From NCBI RefSeq assembly GCF_009914755.1, contig NC_060934.1: a DNA stretch of 64,000 nucleotides. One strand, given 5' to 3'. The position numbers and the translations under genes are program-made. Numbering within the stretch: position 1 is the stretch's first letter; every line of letters begins with the position of its first letter. Source of the stretch: the human T2T-CHM13v2.0 reference genome, Homo sapiens. Under the pieces are notes generated by a model, which worked only from the letters and a program-made list of their open reading frames with translations, was not told where the DNA came from and searched no databases. This document shows positions 1 through 21,189 of the stretch, piece by piece.

Positions 1-798
1 ATTTATTTGGATCTCCTTTTATTTCTCCCAGTAAAATATCTGGTTACAATAACTGGTTACAAAAATTAGTTGATTATAAACTATTATGAAAATGTATTTT
101 TGAAATCAAGGTCTGTATTTCCTCTTAAGAAGCAATAGACTAGAACTGCCTCAGAATAGAGGGAGGCCAAAATATGTGGGGGCTGCATGAAGTTGTGCCT
201 TTGCTCATAGAACTTTTAAAGAGGAAAAGTTTTTAATTTTGATTAATTCCAATTCATTAATTTCTTTCTTTTATAGTTTATGCCTTTTGTGTTATTCATT
301 CTTACAATAAATGGTATCCTCCTCCCTCAAACTCATAATATCATTTTATATCACCTTAACAAGAGATTACAGATATGTTCAACAATGACTGTCATTCACC
401 AACTTTGTTTTCATTAAAAATTCAATGAAAAGATTACATATGAGTAAGATATATATATATAGCATGTTAGTATTATTTTAGGCTTTCTTTAAAAAAAACA
501 TCATTAAAAAGTGATCACAGACTTCCACTATTTTAAAAGTTATAACCTATGTCAATAAGGTTTACTTTTAAAATTCAATGTGATGTTTGGGCATCTCTAA
601 CTGAGGCTATTGTAAAAGGTGATAATGTTCAGATGGGTGAGGAAGAATGGAAACTTCTGATGCAGCAGGTGGGTGGATGACAGCCTCTCAAGTGGAGGGA
701 TAGGGCACCACATCCATAAGAAGAGGGGGGATAAGAAGAACGGCATATAAAATCATGGAACTTGAGGGTAGAAGGGGATCTTTAAAAGTCACTCAGTC

Positions 799-1591
<793 letters not shown>

Positions 1592-2212
1592 TAAAACTAG
1601 AAAATAGTGTTCCTGTGGGCCAACACAGATTCACCGGCACTCACCCTGGTTAATGAAGTGTGGGCTAGATTTCAGTCTTCCCTTATCCCCTTGGCTATGT
1701 GTATTTATGTAGTTGCACAAAAGCCAAACAAGTGGTCTTTCCATAAGCCAAAGAGAAATCTAGAAACCAGAATTCCTAACTCAGTTGATTTGAGAGTGAG
1801 GTGATGAGAGTCAGCACAGTTTAAACCCAGAGGTTTCAACAGAAAATAACTTTTCCAGCAATCAGGTAGAGATCAGAGTGGATAAGACTTGGTGGTGGCA
1901 TCACAGGATAGAAATCAAGGCACTGTTGATGCAAGATAAGAGTGGAATACAGAAGATGAAATGGAGAACTCTATCTCCAGGGGTCACATTTTGTTGGAGT
2001 AACTGAAAGGCTAAAGAACAATGACAAGGGGCAGCTGGGAAACTGTCAGCATCTTAGCCCTCATGAAACTATGCTTTGTCTCTGTATTTCTTTTCCAAAG
2101 TTCCCTCCTGCTGAAAGGATATGTTTGAGCTGAGACATGGTGGAGGTGAATGTGTGTTGCAGAGACTGAGAATTGGCCTTTGGTGGGAAAACTAAAGAAA
2201 AACCTCCATTTG

Positions 2213-2345
2213 GAATTGCTTGAACCCAGTGGGTGGAGGTTGCAGTGAGCCAAGATCGCACCACTGCACTACAGCCTGGGCGACAGAGCAAGACTCCATC
2301 TCAAAAAAATAAAAAAAATAAAAAAAAAAAGAAGAAAAGAAAAAA
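2213..2345 (+). mobile_element. 5'-truncated Alu (part of right monomer)
   Basis: gaattgcttgaaccc...gactccatctc plus A tail; TSD aaaaacctccatttg. Confidence 0.9.
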
Positions 2346-3114
2346 CCTCCATTTGATTTTGATTTTGAATGATAGCAAAAAGGAATAAATTTGGCTTCCA
2401 CCAGACATGAAACAGGATATATCTTCTTAATTTATTCACTTAAGTCCAATGTTGTTTTTAAGGTCTGGACAAATAAACATACAACTTTGTATCAGTATAT
2501 TAGAAGTATGTTGTGTAAGATCAGGAAAGAACTTAAGGAAATGTGGAAAGCATTCAACCTCTAAATCAGCATATACATTGCTACTATTACTTTCCAAGGA
2601 AAAACAGAATTTAGGTTTTTTTTAAAAAACTTATGTAACCATTGATTATGACCTCAGGGACTTTGGAATAACTACAGAAGGGTCATCTAGGTTTTTTAAC
2701 TGTCATCAAAGCTTTGCAAATAGTTTAAAAAGACATTGAGGCAAATTTAGGGTATTTTACTTTATTACCAGAATTAACTCTATAACATATGACTTTTCAA
2801 ATTAAAACTATCCTAATGTAAACTCTTTGCAATTTTAAGAATTAGAATTTCAATTATTGAATTACTGAAAAGTTCATTTGGTTTTCTTAAAGTCTGGCCG
2901 TTAACCCCAATCTCGCAAGATGGCACTTTACAATACAGATTCTGTGGTTAAAAATGTTTGAGAAACACTGGATACTCTTGTGAGGGAACATGAAACACAT
3001 TAGCCCATTAAAAGCTCTGCAGTAAGGGAAATTTTTAAAACTTTAACCAAGAGAGTTTCCCAAAGTTATGTGGCTATAGTATGCCTTCTTAAAGTAAAAT
3101 TTTCATTTATTGAC

Positions 3115-3640
3115 CATTGTTCTAGTTATAGATTGCTGCTTACTAAACATTCCTAAAATTTAGTGGCTTAAATGAACAGCAATCTTTTTTTTTAGTTCAT
3201 GAATCGGCAATTTGGGCGGGGCTCAGTAAGAATGCTTGTTTCTTCTCCACATGGTGTCAGCTCACGTAGCTTTACTCAGGGATGGATGATGAACTTCAGT
3301 ATGGTTCACTCATATGGCTGGCAAGTTGACATTGACTGTCAGCTGGGAGTTCAACCAGGACTGAGGGCACAGGTCTCTCCATGCGGATGTCTCCATGGGT
3401 TGTTTGGGCTTCCTCAGGGCACGGTGGTGGGGTCTAAGAGTGAGTGTTGCAAGTGATGGAAAGTTGAAACAGCTAATGTTTTAAGGCCTGAGTCTGGAAA
3501 CGGGCACAATATTACTTCTGTTGTATTATATTGGTTAAGCAGCCACGGATCCAAGATGCAAGAGGAAGGGACATTGATCCCTAACTCTTAGTGGGAGGAG
3601 TTTCACAGAATGTAGGGGTTGTATGTTAAAATCATACGCA
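3115..3640 (-). mobile_element. MaLR LTR (MLT1-like)
   Basis: ttgctgc...cctaaaatttagtggcttaaa...caatttgggc motifs typical of reverse MLT1 LTRs; boundaries approximate. Confidence 0.6.
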
Positions 3641-3796
3641 CAGGAAAATGCACAGATCACAAGTGCAGAAGCTTTTGACACAATAAACTCACCCATGCAC
3701 TCAGTATCCAGAAGACCTCCCCTTAGGTCTTCCTCCAGGCATCACCCCCTCATAGGTAACCAATATCTTGACCTACAATACTAAAGATTAGCACAG

Positions 3797-3942
3797 CCTC
3801 AGCTGGATAATTCTTTGTGCTGTCCTGCACATTGCAGAATGTTTAGCAGCATCCCTCATCTTTACCCACCAGATACCAGCAGCATCCCCTCCCCTAGTTG
3901 TGACAAAAAAAAAATGTTTCCAGAAATTGCCAAATATCACTG
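3797..3942 (-). mobile_element. MER20 (hAT) fragment
   Basis: ggataattctttg...gtttagcagcatccct...gttgtgaca...ttgccaaat resembles reverse MER20. Confidence 0.75.
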
Positions 3943-3947
3943 GATTA

Positions 3948-4014
3948 GAACCTGCACATTTTGCACATGTACCCTAAAACTTAAAGTATAATAATAATAA
4001 TAAAATAAAATAAA
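3948..4014 (+). mobile_element. Very short L1PA 3' end
   Basis: aacctgcacattttgcacatgtaccctaaaacttaaagtataataataa. Confidence 0.85.
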
Positions 4015-6112
4015 TCTATTTGTCTAAATCCCACTTAGTCATTTAAAGTTCCAAGAGATTTTTTCGTCTGTTTTGATTTTGACTGATTCCTCAGTCCCTA
4101 GAATACTGCCTGACATATACGAGAAAACTGATGACTATCTGTTGAACAAATGAGAGAATGAAAGATACCAATTCTAAATAGTTATTTAAAGAGTCAGCTC
4201 TAAAATATATACTTTTTTTATTCTACCAAACCCGCAATCGCAAATCATTTGGTTCATTTTTGTTAGAAATGATCATTTTATGACAACATTGATATAAAAT
4301 ACAAGAATATATTTGCCTCTAACAGGAATCTATATTGGTTAATTTCCTCCTGTAGCAACATGAAATATGAGTCATGGAAATAGAAAAGATTAGGATTTAC
4401 CAGACAAATAGGCAGTGTCTCATGACAGTGTTAATAATGTAATAAGCCTCAAATTGTGGTTTGTAATGGTCATGACAGCTTTGTGAAAAAGGAATGCATA
4501 GTAACAAAAAGTTTTCATTAAAAACCTAGGAGAGGTACTAGGTCCTGAAAGATTAGAAGGGGGAAGGAGGAAATGTATAAGACAGTAGTAGGGACTTGAG
4601 TAGTTATTTCTTTACAGGGGAAACTGAAAATTTCTTTTGCAAAATAGCCTCTGATATTACTCTGAAAAAAAATCTCCACTGTCTCCCCCATTGCCTGTGG
4701 CAAGCATTTCCTATCTTACCAGGTAAATTTCTTAAGGCTTACCCCAAGAACAGTGTTCAGTGGAAATAGTGTTCTCCATGAATTTTGATGGATACTGTAT
4801 GTCCTTCTTTTTGAAATTCCTAACTGCACTTATTTGCTCTTCATTCACCATTATGTCAGAAAAATGAACACAATCACCATATAATGCCACTAAAATTAGG
4901 GGCACAATAAAAATCGAATTTTACAACTGCAAAGGTTCTTAGAGATCACATGGTCATTTTGATGAAGCAAACTACTACACATTTATAGTAACTTACCTTA
5001 GGAATTACCCCATTGCCTAGGTCATTCTGAATTGTTTCATCTCCTTGAAGACACCTCTGTTAAACATGAAATTCCTGTGTAAGACACAAAGTGCAGAGAA
5101 GTTAGTGACTTGCCCAATGTCACAGGGTTAACAAGAGGACAAATAATTTGGAGCTAATGATCAAAATGATCATATCCAAAATATGTCTCATGAAACAAAG
5201 AACAAATGTAATACATAAAAGTAGGGGGCAATGGGGTAGCACAGAGGCTTTTATCAAGCCCAAAGTGTCGGTTGCCAGATGATGCTGTGGTTGGGTTACT
5301 CTCATTTAGTCAGTGTCTGAGTGAAACACATTTAATATTGACCATTCAAATACTTAAAGTTCAAAAGATGTTAGGGAGTCTAGATTTTTAAACTGGAATT
5401 GGAGTACCACTTGTAAAAGAAGGATGTCTATCTAGTTTTTATTTTCTAATTTCCCAAGATTTGGATGCATTAAGCCTTCTCATCGCACTGCCAAATGTTT
5501 ATGATTCATTTTAGCAGAAGTTACTAGGGATGAGGAGAAGGTGGGAGTATGTGTGTGTAACAGTTCTGTATGACGCAGAAAGAGAAATGAATTAGAAGGG
5601 AGGATATTTTTCGATTCCTTTTATGAAATAAAAAAGAGCTTAAATCAGGTGACTTGTTTACTTTTTCTTGTTTTCAAAATAGAAAAAAGAGAGACCCAAA
5701 ACCTGATTTGGAATTTTCTGAATGACACACAATTCTATTTCAGGAGAATAATTGTCATAATCACAGGTTAGTTACCTTCTTAAAATATCTAAAAAATTCC
5801 TTTCTAAAAATATAACTCCACAGGGACAGAAAACTGTATTTACGTCACAGAATACTTGTATATCAAAGGAATTTGCTACTTCCATCTAATCTACACAATA
5901 GCATTTAAAGAACTAACTAGTAAATTTATTGTCTAAATAAGGAAGGGGAAAGGAATTGACATGTAATTTCTTTCACTAGGTGTAAAGTTTTATCATTTTC
6001 ATTTATTCATTCAACAATAATGTATGGAATAGGAAGACACTGGGCTAGATGTAGGAGGTACAAGGATGAGCATGACTGTCCCTGCCCTCTAAATGCTTTC
6101 CGTCTAGGAGAA

Positions 6113-6358
6113 ACATACACAGCCTCCCATACATATGCAGATATATACACGCTCACATACAAACACATTCACACATACCCATACACACATATTCGTACAC
6201 ATACACACGTTCACACAATATGTACATGCATGCTCACACATGCATACACCCTCAGTACTATACACTCACACATATACACACATATGTATTAACATATGAA
6301 CACATATATACATATATATCCACATATACACACTCACATGCATACATACATACATACG
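6113..6358. repeat. Degenerate (CA/TA)n low-complexity tract
   Basis: Mostly alternating purine-pyrimidine acatacac/catatac units. Confidence 0.9.
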
Positions 6359-6714
6359 TGGGAGCTGAGCTGACAAAGTGGAGACAGTGAGTAGAATGTT
6401 TTCAATTTAGAGGAAGGAGAAAGACATAGCATTGGCAACGATCCTGTGAGACGACTATGGCAAAATCTCAAGGAGGCTAAGTAGACCGTCTTAGTGGAGT
6501 TGTTAAATACTGGAGAGTTAGGTTTTCCGAGATCTGGATTCAAGTGAAAATCTGCCATTACTACCCGTGAGGCCATAACCAAGTTACATAACTCACTGCC
6601 TTAGTTTCCTCTCTTTTACATAGGGATTATCATAGTACCTATTTCATGAGGTTGCCATGAGGTTTAAATGAGATGATGCATGTAAACCACTAAGCACAAT
6701 GTACTAAATTTCCA

Positions 6715-6983
6715 TTTATTTATTTATTTATTTAGAGATAGGGTCTCTGTGTTGTCCAAGCTGGAGTGCAGTGGTGCTATCATAGCCCGCTGCAGCCTCA
6801 AACTCCTGGCCTCAAGCTCCCGAGTAGCTGGTGCATAACATCACACCCAGCTAATTTTATTTTTGTAGAGACGAGGTCTTGCCATATTGCCCAGGCTGGT
6901 CTTAAACTCCCGGCCTCAAACGATCCTCCTGCCTAGGCCACCCAAAGTGCTTGGATTACAGGTATGAGCCACCGTGCCCAGCC
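6715..6983 (-). mobile_element. Alu (AluJ-type)
   Basis: (ttta)n tail, reverse Alu, TSD taaatttcca. Confidence 0.9.
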
Positions 6984-7607
6984 TAAATTTCCAGTTTGTG
7001 ATGATATCCTTATTATTACCAGAGAAGATTATTTACCAGGTAAATTGTGAAGATAGTATTCCTCTCACCAAGCTGCTTAGTGAGAAAATATTAAACTATT
7101 TTTAAGGTGGGTAGAGCCAAAAATTATGTATTAAATGAATTTATTTGCATACCAAAGTATAATCCAAAAAAATTTTTTAAAAAATGAATACATGATCGCT
7201 GCTTCATCTTTACTTTTAAAGTTCTAAAAATTCAGGAAAGCCAAATTATCATTTATAAATAACACAAACATCTACATGTCATGGCCTTCACTGGGAATAT
7301 CTGATCTGACTAAATGACATCACACCCAGTGTTACTAAGTAATTTCTGTGGCTATAACTTCATGGTGAAAATATATAAGCTATTATTAACTCTGTGATCA
7401 TTTCATCAAAGTATGTTAGACTTGCTCATGTCATTTATAGAATACTGACAAACATTATTTGATATTATTCGTTGATATGATTAGGCAATTCATAAAATAA
7501 GAAATAAAAGTGGCCAATATACAAATGGAAAAGTATTACATCATTAATAATCAGATAATTCTAAATTAAGATAAGTTATTTTGGGGCTATTAGCTTGGTA
7601 AAGATTA

Positions 7608-8294
<687 letters not shown>

Positions 8295-8659
8295 ACCAAT
8301 CTTTTTAGAGGCCAGTTAGGCAATACAGAGCAAAAACATTTTTAATATGATCTTTGACTCATCAATTCCACTTCTTGAATTGTGTCTTCAGGGAATATAA
8401 TCAGACAAATACACAAAGATGCTTGTATATGCACACTAACTGTGGAATTGTTTATGATGACAAAAAAATTGGAAACTACCTAGATGCCTGTCATGCCTGT
8501 CAATACAGAAATGCTTAAATAAATTATGGTATAGTTAGACACTAGAACTCTGTGCAGCTATTAAAAAAGGATTAGACAGATCTATTTGGGATGGCTTGGA
8601 AAGATGTCAACGATCTGTATTGGATGATGCCAGTTTTATATCTTAACAGATATACATGT

Positions 8660-8947
8660 GGCCAGGTGCAGTGGCTAACACCTGTAATCCCAGCACTTCG
8701 GGAGGCCGAGGTGGGCAGAATACTTGAGGTCAGGAGTTTAGGGCCAGCCTGGCCAACATGGCAAAACCCTGTCTCTACTAAAAATACAAAAAATTAGCCG
8801 GGCTTGGTGGTGTGCGCCTGTGATCCCAGCTACTCAAGAGGCTGAGGAGGAGAATTGCTTGAACCCAGGTGGTGGAGGTTGCAGTGAGCCGAGATCACAC
8901 CACTGCACTCCAGCCTTGGCGACAGACGGAAACTTCATCTTAAAAAA
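8660..8947 (+). mobile_element. Alu (AluS-type) followed by a (TA)n/(CA)n microsatellite to ~9010
   Basis: Full dimer; tail replaced by TA/CA repeats. Confidence 0.9.
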
Positions 8948-9274
8948 TATATATATATATATATTTTTATATATATATATATATACACACATACACATAC
9001 ATACACACAGAAAAAAACATATATAGGCCTAACTTTTTCAAAGTAGCTTTATTGAGGTATAATTTACAAAGCATATAATTCACCCATTCTAAGTGTAAAA
9101 TCATCACCATAATCTAGTTATAAAACCCTTTTTTATTGTCCCCCAAAATTCTCTCATGCTCATGGGCTTAACTTTTTTTATTTGGCCATGTATTATGTTA
9201 TTAAAAGGAAAAGCTTTTACAAGAGGCTCATTTCCATTTCTTTTTTTCATAATATATGAAAAAATTTATGATAA

Positions 9275-9582
<308 letters not shown>

Positions 9583-9903
9583 TATTTCTATTTCTTAATG
9601 GTGTCAGAACTTTATCTTTGCTTTGCTAGTGACTTTTTAAAAACCACTTATTGAATTATGATTGACATACAATAAGCTGCTCATACTTAATGTATATAAC
9701 TAGATGAGCTGGGTGATAACTGTACATCACCACTGCCTATTACATAAACATATCCATCATCACAGGCTTAACTTTTAACAGTGGTTAGGTCGAGGGTAAC
9801 TATGAGCAGGGGGGAAGGAAGGAGGACAGAACTATAGACAGCTTCCTAGTTTATAATTTCTGTATTATTTGAATTATTTACAACAAAAATATACTATCTT
9901 TCA

Positions 9904-10195
9904 TTTTTATTTTTTCTTCGAGACAAGTTCTAGCTCTGTTGCCCAGGCTGACGTGCAGTGGCACAAACATGGCTCACTGCAGCCTCATCCTCTTGGGCCC
10001 AAGTGATCCTCCTGCCTCAGCCTCCCCAGTAGCTGAGACCACAGGTGAGTGCCACCATGCCCAGCTAATTTTTCTGTTTTTAATTTTTGGTAGATGTGAT
10101 CTCGCCATGTTGCCCAGTCTGGTCTCAAATTCCTGGGCTCAAGAAATCCTCCCACCTCAGCCTGGGATTATAGGTGTGAGCCACCCCACCCAGCC
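9904..10195 (-). mobile_element. Alu (AluJ-type)
   Basis: Diverged reverse dimer. Confidence 0.88.
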
Positions 10196-10703
10196 AGTAA
10201 TACACTATCTTTTAATTGACAAAATAGTAAAGTCTTTTCTATTTTGAAAAGAACAAAATAAGGAAACAGACATATACCCATTGACCGAAATCTACTTTTG
10301 GCAATTTATCCTAAGGAAATAATCAAATATCTGGAAAAAGATTTGTGTACAAAGATATTTATCCGTATTTTATTAAAAACAGAGGAATTATAATCTAAAT
10401 ATCTCATAATGGAAGAGAACAATTATTAATTGTATTGAAATATGCGAAGTGCAGGATGCAAACCTTTTTATGTAATACAACCTCAACCATGTTGAAAAAA
10501 GTTAATGCACAACCAAAAAAATCCTGTTTTGAAATATAAGTTCTTATCAATGGTTGTGTCTGGATAGTAGAATTATAGTACTTTTAATTTAATTTTATTT
10601 TTTAAGCATTTCATTTTCTCCATAAATGATAATAATTACAAATAATTATAGTATTGTTTTCACAGGTCTATACATTTGTCAAAACATATAAAAGTGCACA
10701 CTT

Positions 10704-10800
10704 GCAGCAAACCACCATGGCACGTGTATACCTATGTAACAAACCTGCACGTTCTGCACGTGTATCCCAGAACTTAAAGTATAATTTTAAAAAAAAGCAA
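10704..10800 (+). mobile_element. L1PA 3' end fragment
   Basis: gcagcaaaccaccatggcacgtgtatacctatgtaacaaacctgcacgttctgcac...cccagaacttaaagtataa plus A tail. Confidence 0.88.
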
Positions 10801-11372
10801 ACAAGTACTAGCAAAAAAACCAAATGCACACTTTAAATATGTACAGTTTATTGTATATCAATATATTGCAATAACACTTAAAAAAATAGAAGGATCTCAA
10901 GGAATTGAATCATCTTAAGCGTCTTACTGGAAGGGGGTTTTTGCTATGCCATTTTGGGGCTGAAGGGCAAAATGACTGGGGGGGCAGACATTATATAAAT
11001 AGCAATATATACATACATTGTCTCTGCTCCAGATACCGCCATTCATTCATTCATTCACCAGATCTGCCTTCCTATTATATGCCAGGAATGTTGCCGGGTA
11101 CTTGGATATCTTGATGAACAACAAACCACTGGCCTGAAAGAGCTCCCGTCTGGTGGAGGAGGGGAAGGTAGGTCACCACCTGACGGATTCCAGCCAACGC
11201 CCACACTGCCCCACCAGGGAGTGCTGCCCAAGGGGGCTGGAGGCAGATCAGGAAGTGGGGGCCTTAGCTGAGGTGGAGTCACCAAGAGTGACACCAGGTT
11301 TACAGTTGTGGAGGTGGCCAGAAGTTAGTTTTACCCTCAAGGGAGTGTCGCAGTCATCAGTTGAGAAGTGGG

Positions 11373-11702
<330 letters not shown>

Positions 11703-12199
11703 TTAAACAGTTTTTATGTATCTGTGTCTATCTTGCCTGCACACTTAAAACAACAAGAGTAAGAACTAAGATTGAGCGTTTACGGGTGCAGGGGCCGCGC
11801 AAAGGGCTTCCATCTATTGCCTCATTCACAACCTTCTGGTAGGGACTATTAGGATCTTCATTTTACGGCGAGGAAACCGAGGCTCGGAGAGGTCACCTGC
11901 CCAAGGTCACAGATCTCTCTCTCCAAAGCTCAAGCTCACAACCACCACACAAACTCCCCTCTCACTGTACCTGGGGCCCGTCTGAGAGCGAAAAAGTCCG
12001 CTTTCAGGTCCCAACCCTAACAGGTCCGGCTTTCACTCCACAGTTTTTCCCAGATCCAGAATGGAGACAACATCCGCTAGCACAATCAACAGGGTCGTCC
12101 CACGGGGGCCGCTCCATCAAGGCCGTGGACTGACAGGATTTGGGGCTTGGAGGGCAAATGAGAAACAATCGTCAGGGACCGAAGAACAAATGCGTCCAT

Positions 12200-13237
<1,038 letters not shown>

Positions 13238-14172
13238 TGACTGTTACGGTTCGATGCAACTTTACTTGGCTGATCATCCAAGGAGTAGCTAAGAAGTCGG
13301 GTTTACGGTGGAACAAAATGGGGCCTGGATGGAGTTTAAAGAGCGATTGGAAAGGGAGACAGGGTTATAAAGTCTACTCTTTCAAACTTCAAAGGAAATG
13401 AGAGTGTTCTTTAATTTATAGGAGGGGTCTGGTTGTGCCCTTCAAGTATTTTAGAATGAGAAACTCATTGCACTTTGCAGTGGATTTGTCTACTGACTGC
13501 ATTCGCGTGCATGCTTGTACTCCAACAGTTCTGTTTTTAGGGTCCAGTATATATATTTGGTTGTATCTAGAGCTAATACAGAACTAGTTGGGATCAAAGT
13601 GATTGCTACTTGCAGTCTCTTCTTGAGTTAGTTGCTTGACAACATACTATAAAATAGAATGGAATTTCTGACAAAATTTCCAAAAAACCTTCATGTGGTA
13701 CTAGTTTTAAATATATTTATGGTAAGCATTGACTAGAAGTCAGTATCAGCGCTTAAGCAATTAAAAACACACACGCATGTATTTATTTCAATAGAAAGAG
13801 GCTTGGCGTTTCAACCTGAAGGCATTAATGTTAACTATTTAATATCTCCTAAGGAACATATGAATGATGTCATTGGAGTATTTTCATCCTGAAGGGCGAA
13901 TTTTTTATGAGACAGCGTTTAGGGGAAGGACCCACAGGGTTGCCTAGAAGTGAAAACGTAAGAAAATAACTTATGTTTATACAGGACTTTGAAGTTTTTA
14001 AGTACTTTCAAATAATTTGGCCCCCACAAAAATCTTGTGAGGTAGGCAGGTCAGTATTAGTATCCACATTTCACAGATGAAGATATTGAAATTGTTCACA
14101 GTCACATGAGTCTCAGCCTAGACTTGAACTCAGGTCTTCTGAGCCCATATTTAGTATTGTTTTTTATTTTAA

Positions 14173-14519
<347 letters not shown>

Positions 14520-16046
14520 TAAGCACCATTACAGTTCTGCCTCTGCCCTGCCTCAAATGCATCTTGTCAAAACCCCAGTCCTCATTCTTTATCCAGGCTA
14601 AAATATCTACTCCTCTCTGTGTGCTTTCAGAACACGTTGTTCACATGGCTATTATAGCACTTGTCACTTATTACAATTAATATGTTTATGTTTCTATAAT
14701 AAAATTAAGGGCCAAAATTATGATACATATTTGGGTTCATTCACTGCCTTAGCGTATAGTGATGTGTCTGTTTATTTGTTGAAATGAAAGAATGTGTTTT
14801 GTCTGCATATGAATGCTGTCGTGGAAGCTATCATAGGCTGTGGAAGTTGGCAAAATAAGCTTTGTTATTTGTGTGGAGGGTAGAGTATGGGCTTCAGCAA
14901 GAGCTTCATAAGATGCAAGGCTTCATTGTAGTGGGAAGATCACTCCTGGGAATCAAGAGTTGTGTTTTAGTGCTGGCTGTCACAAACCAGCGTTGTAATC
15001 CTGGACAAAACACTTAACTTCTCTGGACCTCCGTTTTCTTAGCCATAATATTAACTTTCTTAGGAGTTTAGATTCTTTCACCCATTAAAGTTCTGTGAGT
15101 ATGTAATTAGCCTGGAAAGGCAAAAATAAATGCTCAAGGCACCTAGAATCTTGTAGTTAGAAGGTGGTAGGTGATTATGGGCAGTTTTCATGGTGTAAAT
15201 AAGTTTTATCGAATATAAACAGCTTAGTAGTAAGAGCACTGGCTCTGGAGTTGGAATATAACTTAGCTCTCTCACTCAATAGCAGCATATGACCTTGAGC
15301 AAGTTTCTTATTTGTCCTATGCCTAACTTTGCTCATCCATAAGACATCCTCAGTGTGAGGATTGAAGAAGATAATATAAGGCACATGGAAAGGGCTCAGT
15401 AAATGGTAGAAATTACTGTTATTACATTTAGAGCTCATAGATGCAAACTTTGGGATGAGATAGGGAAAGGAACCAAGAAGATAATAAACCATTTTGTTGG
15501 TTTCTAATGGCATGGGCAGACTGTGTGGAGATACTAAAGCCCTGTGTTATTCTTTCATGACACTTTCTGCAAAATGTGATCTATCTTCCTGTACTGAGAC
15601 ATTAATTGAAAAATTTCTGAAGAACAAGAGTCTTATTTCATGTAGTTATTTGAGCACTATAAAATTGTGTCAAGGAGAATTTCTGTGATCTTGATGACTG
15701 TATTTTAGTATGATATTTGAAGAGCACGGGCTGGCACTATTTTTTCTTTTTTCATTTCACTACTCTCTGCTTCTAAGGAGTAGGGTATGAGTTTTTTAAA
15801 AAATAAAATTTGAAATTAAAACTTATCTGTCTTCTTATGGCCTCTTTTTTCTAAAAGTTTTTGTTTTTCAAGATTCCATAGAAATTGAGGATTTATAAAC
15901 TTCCTTATATTTGGAAGAAAAAGCTGTGGAACCTTAACATAGTACGTAGTAGTATGTAGTAGAAAACTGTTTATAAACTTGATTCTAACTATCATTTGCT
16001 TACAGAAATTAGTAACTGTTACAAAGATTATATTGTAAATAGAGAT

Positions 16047-16272
16047 GAGGTTGAGTATCCCATTTCCCAAATGCTTGGGACCAGAAGTGTTTTGGATTTT
16101 GGAATTTTTTGGATTTTGGAATATTTGCATTATACTTAGTTATTGAACATCTGAAATTGAAAATGCTCTAGTGATCATTTCCTTTGAACATCATGTCATG
16201 TTAGCACTCAGAAAGTTTCAGATTTTGGAGCATTTCAGATTAGATTTTCAGATTTGGGATGTGTAACCTATA
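16047..16272. mobile_element. Tigger4a/MER46-like DNA transposon MITE
   Basis: aggttgagtatccc...ttttggattttgga...gggatgtgtaacct terminal inverted ends. Confidence 0.75.
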
Positions 16273-16441
16273 GGTAATCATGTTGTGTATTTAGTCTGAG
16301 TCATTCTTCCATCGTGTACTTGTTGTATTCCTTCCACTCAGTCCAGCACTGTACACATTTAACAGTTACTTCCTTGCCTGAAAAAGCTTCACTACTTTAA
16401 ATTTATTTTCTCTTTTAAAAATAGTATTATTTGACATATAA

Positions 16442-16846
<405 letters not shown>

Positions 16847-17029
16847 TGACATAAGATTATGAATTGAATTGCATTTCTAGAAAGCTATTTTATCTATTAA
16901 ACCAGTTGAAACTAAACTCTTGGCTGTGTGCTGGATGAAAGTAGTTTTTATATGACAACTGATGGCTGTGTGCCTTTTAAAAAATAGTAAAATATATAAT
17001 CTTTGTATTAAAAAGTATGGAAACATATA

Positions 17030-18850
<1,821 letters not shown>

Positions 18851-19565
18851 TTTTATCTCTGTTTAGGTCTTTTTTACTATCTTAATAATGAGTTACAGTT
18901 TTTTTCCCTAGAAGTGGGAACACAAACTACTTCAAGGATGTTTTAAATACTTTGTTTTTCCTGTTAGAATTTCCTCCTTGTTTTTGTTGTGTACAACCTT
19001 TAGTAGCCTTCTGAGAAAGGATCCATGGAAAACATATTTTTTAAGAACTTGCCTGTCTAAATATGTCTTTATTATAAGGTCACAACTTAATATATATAAT
19101 TCTAGTTCAAAAGTAAGTTTTTAAAGAATTTTTAAGATTTAGAATTTGTTAGTTTTGAAGACTTTCTTCCATTCATTATCTTTTGGCTGCAAGAGTTGCT
19201 GTTGAATGTCTGATGCCATTTGGCTTCCTGGATCCTTTGCCATCTTTTTCTCTTAATAGCCTTTAGGATTTTCTTTTATCCTCTGTTCGTGGTGATGTAC
19301 TTTGATATAGGTCTTTTCTTCTTCTTTCGTTTTGCTGTGCTCTTGGTTAGTCCTTTCAATCCAAAGACTTATGTCCTTCAGTTCTGTGACATTTTCTTGT
19401 ATTATTTATTTGACAGCCTCCACCCACCACTTCCCCCAATAATGACTCTTGCCATGGTCTTAAGATTCTTCATGTCCCTAAATTCAGGGGACACTTACCA
19501 TCTTACTTGACCTGTCATTACCATTTGAGATACTTGGCCATTCTTTCCTTTAAAAAGTTCATCTT

Positions 19566-20235
<670 letters not shown>

Positions 20236-21063
20236 CGTCTTTTGGCTTTTAAGTCACCATACTCTTGATTTTCCTTCCACCTCTGTGTCTGTTCGTCACA
20301 CTCCTTTGCTGGTTCTTCCTCTTTCTGACTTTAAGGTGTGGGAATTCCACAGGGCTTGGGTATAGGCCACCTTCTCCTTTTCTTAAGAGAACCGGTCTTC
20401 TCACATGGCTTCAATTACCATCTAAGTGCAATTTCTATCTTTACCCTAAGACCTCCCTTTTGAACTCCAGATCCACACATCCAACTGTCTATTAGAGATT
20501 TCTGCTTGGATGTCTCACAGATACCTTAAACTGCAAGTCCAAAACATGAACTAATTCAGCTCATGATGTCAGTCACAAATTTGCTCCTTCTGTCTTCCCA
20601 CTCAGTAATTACCACTTCCATCTACCAGTTGCATAGGCCAGAGACCTAGAGGTCATTTTTAACACCTGTTGCTGCCTTCCCCGCCAAACCTAATTAAACA
20701 CCAAGGCCTGTTAATTCTACCTACTAAATATTTCTCAAAAATACTTCTTTCTTTCTTCACTGTCATTTCACTAGTCAAAGCTGCTATCATCTCTTACTCA
20801 GACTACTGCAGTCTTATTGGTATGTTTTTGGGCTTCATATAATCATTTACATGATTCTTTTAATCCTGTAATCATTTAATATATTCCTTTGTGTTGGGCT
20901 TCTTTTGCCAAACATTATATGAATGAGTTTCATCCATGTTGTTGCATGTAGTAGTAATTTGATCTTTTTCTTTGCTTTATGGTATTTTATGAAATATTAT
21001 AGTTTATCCATTCTGTAGTATTTGGATTGTTTTCACTTTTTGTATGTTAAAAATATGATTCAC

Positions 21064-21180
21064 GGCCCGGTGCAGGGGCTCACGCCTGTAATCCCAGCAC
21101 TTTGGGATGCCAAGGTGGGAGGGTCACTTGAGCCCAGGAGTTCAAGACCAGCCTGGGCAACATAGGGAGACCCCATCTTT
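21064..21180 (+). mobile_element. FLAM / Alu left monomer
   Basis: ggcccggtgcaggggctcacgcc...gagaccccatct; outer TSD aaaata(t/c)gattca at ~21050 and ~21499. Confidence 0.85.
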
Positions 21181-21189
21181 ATTTGTTTT

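Noticed and set aside
6020-6358. His/Thr/Tyr-rich ORF and potential Z-DNA
   Set aside because: Translation of a degenerate CA/TA microsatellite; a common feature
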